From contig CM052818.1 of the NCBI GenBank assembly GCA_028534125.1, forward strand, positions 25,608,001 to 25,672,000: a stretch of 64,000 bases of DNA, in the 5' to 3' direction. Position 1 is the stretch's first letter. Each line of letters starts with the position of its first letter. Below the pieces are notes generated by a model that ran no database searches, had not been told where the DNA came from, and was given only the letters and a program-made list of their open reading frames with translations. Below, one piece after another: positions 61,885 to 64,000 of this stretch. Position numbers and translations under genes: made by a program. Source of the stretch: Lama glama. Lineage: Eukaryota.

Positions 61885-62959
61885 TCAACTGATTGTTAGT
61901 GTATAATAGTGTAAGACACATTTCTTTAAAAGCCACCAACCCAAACCCATCACTGTTGATGCAGTTGTTCAGGAAAGGAAGGAGCCCCCCTGTCTCAGTT
62001 ACATAATACAACGTCTGCTTCAGGTGCAATGTGCAGTCCTCAACTAAGGTCCTTTCTTCACAGTAACACAGCTAATGTCTCCAACAGCTTCCTTCCCATG
62101 CCTTGGCTGGGCTAGGCTTTCTCAGTTAACCCCAAAGACAGAGACTCAAAATTACAGATTCTTCCTGGATATTTTGATCCTGCACTTTTAAGTCCTACCA
62201 TGAGTAAGGCACACAGACAGTTAAACTCAGACTAATGCTTCTTATAAAAGTGAATCTTGGAGGAAAGGCTGGCTCTAACAGAGTAAGGGTCAGACCCCTC
62301 TTTGTCCATCAGGGACCCAAGAAATGCTCTGGAAGACTAAAGTGGAGGCAGAGAAGGGGACTTGAATTCACATGACCTGACCTCAAGTCCTGGCTAAAAT
62401 TTTTCCTAGCTGGGTGCCTTTATAGGTGGGTCATTTAACCCTCTCTAAGTCCCAGCTGGCTCACTTCTCAGTCTACTGCCTTAATAAGGCAGAGATATCC
62501 CTCTGCCAGCATGTTGCATGAGCTCAGTGACCTCTGAAACCTAAGTGCTGCACAGGGCAAAGTGGTTTGAGGTAGGGAAGGAGGGAAAGAAAAGGAATGA
62601 GAGTAGGATCAAAGGAAGGGTGAGAAGTAGAAAGAAACAGGAAGGGTAGAGAGATGGAGCTAACAGAGCACAAGGAGCCTGGGTACCACTTCTAGGCTAG
62701 GGTCAGTGCTTAGATGATGACATTGGTGGTTGGGACCTCTTCACTACACAGAACAAAACTGGTCATTAGACCTGGCTTAGAGCCAGTCATTGGAAAAGAA
62801 AATCGATATTCAGACTGATGATCATGACAGCTACCATTTGTATGATTTTAATTCACCAGATCACATTTAGCGCCTCTAAATCTTCATCTCATCTCTGCAT
62901 AGGAGACAGGCTGCTGGAGGGGGTCCCAGCCTGGCCCTGGAGCAGGTCTTCACACTTCC

Positions 62960-63037
62960 TTAAGCCACAGAAAACTTGAACCAAGTGGTGTGGTCATAGT
63001 CCTCGCCAGGCTTCAGCAGCACAGGAGGGAAGTGGGG
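62960..63037 (-). CDS. GALM: GALM last coding exon
   Basis: cttcacag| acceptor; PHFPPVLLKPGEDYDHTTWFKFSVA*. Confidence 0.95.
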   Translation of the reverse strand, partial: PHFPPVLLKPGEDYDHTTWFKFSVA

Positions 63038-63492
63038 CTGTGAAGGGGAAAACAATACAGGATACACCTTGCCAACTTGGGTTGGGTTGTACCCTTAACC
63101 ATTTAGGATGGCTTCTGAACTGGTCTCTAGACCAGCTCTGTGAACCAGTTGCCAGTGTAAGAGCTATTTATTACTGGTTTGCAATGAGATAAGGAACTTG
63201 AGCCAGAATAAAAACCATCCACATCACTAAGTATGCTTTGTCACAGCGAAGACTTTCTTAATGAAAGAAGCAGTGTTGATTTACATTCTGGTGTAAACTG
63301 CAAGTGTCTTATGGGCTGGAGCTTTGAGAAGCATTACTCTAGCAATAACTAGAAAAGAAAGTTCAGAAGAAGCAAATAAGAAAATATGGAGGATCATCTT
63401 AATCATGTGGCTGCATAAAATTAGTAGGTATTGACAAGGAGAAACATTAAATTGCAGAAAGACTTTGAAGGTATAAACTACAAGATTTTTAG

Positions 63493-63620
63493 CGGGGAGG
63501 GTATATCTCAAGTGGGAGTGCACGCTTAGCATGCCTGAGGTCCTTGGTTCAATCCCAGTATCTCCTCTAAGCATAAATAAATAAACCTAATTACCTACCC
63601 CCTCCAAGAAAAAATTAAAA
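63493..63620 (+). mobile_element. tRNA-derived SINE (camelid Vic-1-like)
   Basis: ggggagggtatatctcaagtgg head, ggttcaatccc B box, aaataaacctaattacc tail; same family as the pair at 13.6-13.9 kb. Confidence 0.85.
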
Positions 63621-63819
63621 ATTTTTTTTAAATACGAAATTTTTTAAAAAACGTGACTGCCATGTTAGTAACTTGACTGTTTCCTGTGCTTATCATGACT
63701 TAGAGAAAAGAATACACACAGACTTCTCAATCACACAGACCTGACTTGTGTCGTGACCTCTGTCATGTGGTGTGACCTTGGCTACAATACCATTTTGACA
63801 AACTGGCCTGTGGATTTAC

Positions 63820-63994
63820 CTGATTGACTGCATCAGGCCAGTTCTGAGTCTCGAGGCAGAAACCGGAGTGCTTGGGATAGACCGCTCCACTCTTGCCCTT
63901 CAGCGTGCCGTCCAGGAAGTTGCCCGTGTAAAACTGCACCCCAGGCTGGGTGGTGTACACTTCCAGTACCCGCCCACTTCCAGCATGATGGACC
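63820..63994 (-). CDS. GALM: GALM (galactose mutarotase / aldose 1-epimerase) penultimate exon; gene continues beyond the window
   Basis: ctccag|...|gtaaat; [58 protein letters not shown]. Confidence 0.96.
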
Positions 63995-64000
63995 CTGGAG

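Noticed and set aside
63493..63570. tRNA-like sequence with A and B boxes
   Set aside because: It continues into a SINE tail and has sibling copies at 13.6-13.9 kb, so it is a SINE, not a tRNA gene.

Overview
This is mammalian genomic DNA, not prokaryotic; the tRNA-derived SINE type suggests a camelid. The gene order matches the human 2p22 block as I recall it. Left to right: the last 8 coding exons of DHX57 (+), GEMIN6 (-, 166 aa), an intact single-coding-exon TTC39-family retrogene (TTC39D, -, 586 aa), complete SRSF7 (+, 238 aa, 8 coding exons plus the intron-3 poison cassette exon), and the last two exons of GALM (-). Interspersed repeats include L1, L2, MIR, MER/Tigger DNA transposons, SINEs, and a deleted two-LTR class III endogenous retrovirus with an Arg-tRNA primer binding site. 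I found no convincingly new biological system. The best leads are: (1) the 5' architecture of TTC39D (acceptor sites, an overlapping uORF resembling a signal peptide, an FFAT-like motif, a possible promoter shared with SRSF7); (2) several ORFs starting inside the SRSF7 poison exon; (3) the ERV; (4) unusual retrotransposition footprints. Gene names rest on recognising protein sequences from memory. Repeat boundaries and subfamily names are approximate.
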